Shown here piece after piece: positions 62,766 through 64,000 of a stretch of DNA of 64,000 bases. The stretch spans positions 60,636,001 to 60,700,000 of the forward strand of contig CM052824.1 in the NCBI GenBank assembly GCA_028534125.1, in the 5' to 3' direction. The stretch's first letter is position 1. Every line of letters begins with the position of its first letter. The notes beneath the pieces are model-generated. The model was not told the origin of the DNA, made no database searches, and worked only from the letters and a program-made list of their open reading frames with translations. Origin of the DNA: Lama glama (Eukaryota). The position numbers were made by a program, and so were the translations under genes.

Positions 62766-64000
62766 GAGAACACGTGGTTGTGAACAGAAAGGCCCGCCTG
62801 CAGCTCTGAGGCTTCAACACAAGGATGGAAAACCCTCAGGGCGGGAGCAGGGCTGAGGTCTTGCCAGGGGGCACGGAGGGCAGAACTGCAGCCAGGCCAG
62901 GCCCCCCTCCCAGAGGTCTGTGCCCGCAGGATTGACCACCCAGTGCTCAGCTGAGCAGGGCCCCGGCCAGCGCACCTTCCCCCTCTGTGGGAAGGACGGC
63001 CTTGCTGGGCGGCTGCTCTGGGGGGCTCAGGACACTGGGCTCTTCTGCTGTCGCCCAGCCTCTCCCAGCTCCAGGTGTCAACACCTGAGATGGTTGAGGG
63101 GACCCTGCGAGGGCCCCACTCCAGAGGACCACGGAGAGAGATCCTCAGCTCCACCCTGAGTTGGGGACGGGTCACTGGGTCCCCATGCTTCGTGGGGCCC
63201 TCTTGCATCTACAAGGACCCATCTCCGCCAGCAGCCTCCAGCCTGGGGCCCCGCGCCATCGTGCCAGGCAAAAGGCTGCACCTCTCTTCTGGAATGTAGC
63301 AAATCTAAGATGTCAAACAGTTGATTTTCCACAAGCGTGCATTTTCCCAGGGAAAAACACACCTCTCCAACCTTGTAGTTTGTCCTGATTTGCTCTTGGG
63401 AAGAAACATCTACCCATAGTGGGGGCCCTGTCTCACCTGCCCTTAAGGAAGGGCACCAAAGCTGCCCGGGTGGGCACCCTGGCACCTGGCGGAGGGCGGC
63501 CTTGCCCAGGGGCCGGGCCCCTAACCGAGTCACACCATCTGGTGGAAGATGCTCAGAGCCCGCCCTTGCCACTCTGGTACCCTTGCTCCACTCTGCAACT
63601 GTCCTTTCCCTGGGTGAGACTTTCGCTTTGAATATCCTCTTGAGAACCCGACTCCCAGCCTGGACTGCCACGTCTCTGCCAGAGCTTCTGGACTCGTGGC
63701 CCCTCTTGCGGGCCCGGCAGACAGCCCGGGCAGAGTAAAGATAGTCCCTCCAGAATGTGTGTTTAATTGCCACATGCGGGGCTGTGGGGGGACCCGGGGC
63801 TCCAGGATGGGGGTCTCCCGTGGCTGATTCCTTCTTGGTACTTTGCTTCTCTGGAGGCAAGTCAGCTGCAACTGACGTTTCACAGCCAGGCCGGAGAGTG
63901 GGGTCTGGGAGAAAATCTGCAGGGGCTGCCGGCGGGCGAGCGCTCTGCTCCGCCCCCACCCCAGACGGCACCTGTGGTGAAAGTTATGGGAGCCACGGCC

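Noticed and set aside
50400-64000. FAAP20 or PRKCZ coding exons
   Set aside because: No translation resembling either protein was recognised. They probably lie beyond the window.

Overview
GC- and CpG-rich mammalian genomic DNA, most likely from a camelid, judged from a tRNA-Ala-derived Vic-1-type SINE at 22.3 kb and cetartiodactyl-type L1 3' UTRs. The only supported protein-coding sequence is coding exon 1 of the SKI proto-oncogene on the minus strand (ATG at 48749, splice donor after 47781, 969 nt = 323 codons, partly N-masked). Positions 1-47780 are SKI intron 1, and exon 2 is not in the window. About 49.5-64 kb is the promoter CpG island and upstream region, with a second CpG-rich island near 59-60 kb. 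The intron holds several L1 fossils (all antisense to SKI), MIR/L2 fragments and short AT-rich, motif-dense islands that look like enhancers. The other long ORFs in the track look like GC-content artefacts. I see no multi-gene novel system. The best unexplained signals are: a cryptic array of five exactly 41-bp units in the SKI promoter; a candidate uORF reading a GCC repeat as poly-Ala; a 259-codon in-frame extension of exon 1 into intron 1 followed by a candidate poly(A) signal; a pair of consensus ROR/REV-ERB elements in intron 1; and N-runs whose lengths exactly match the missing SKI codons.
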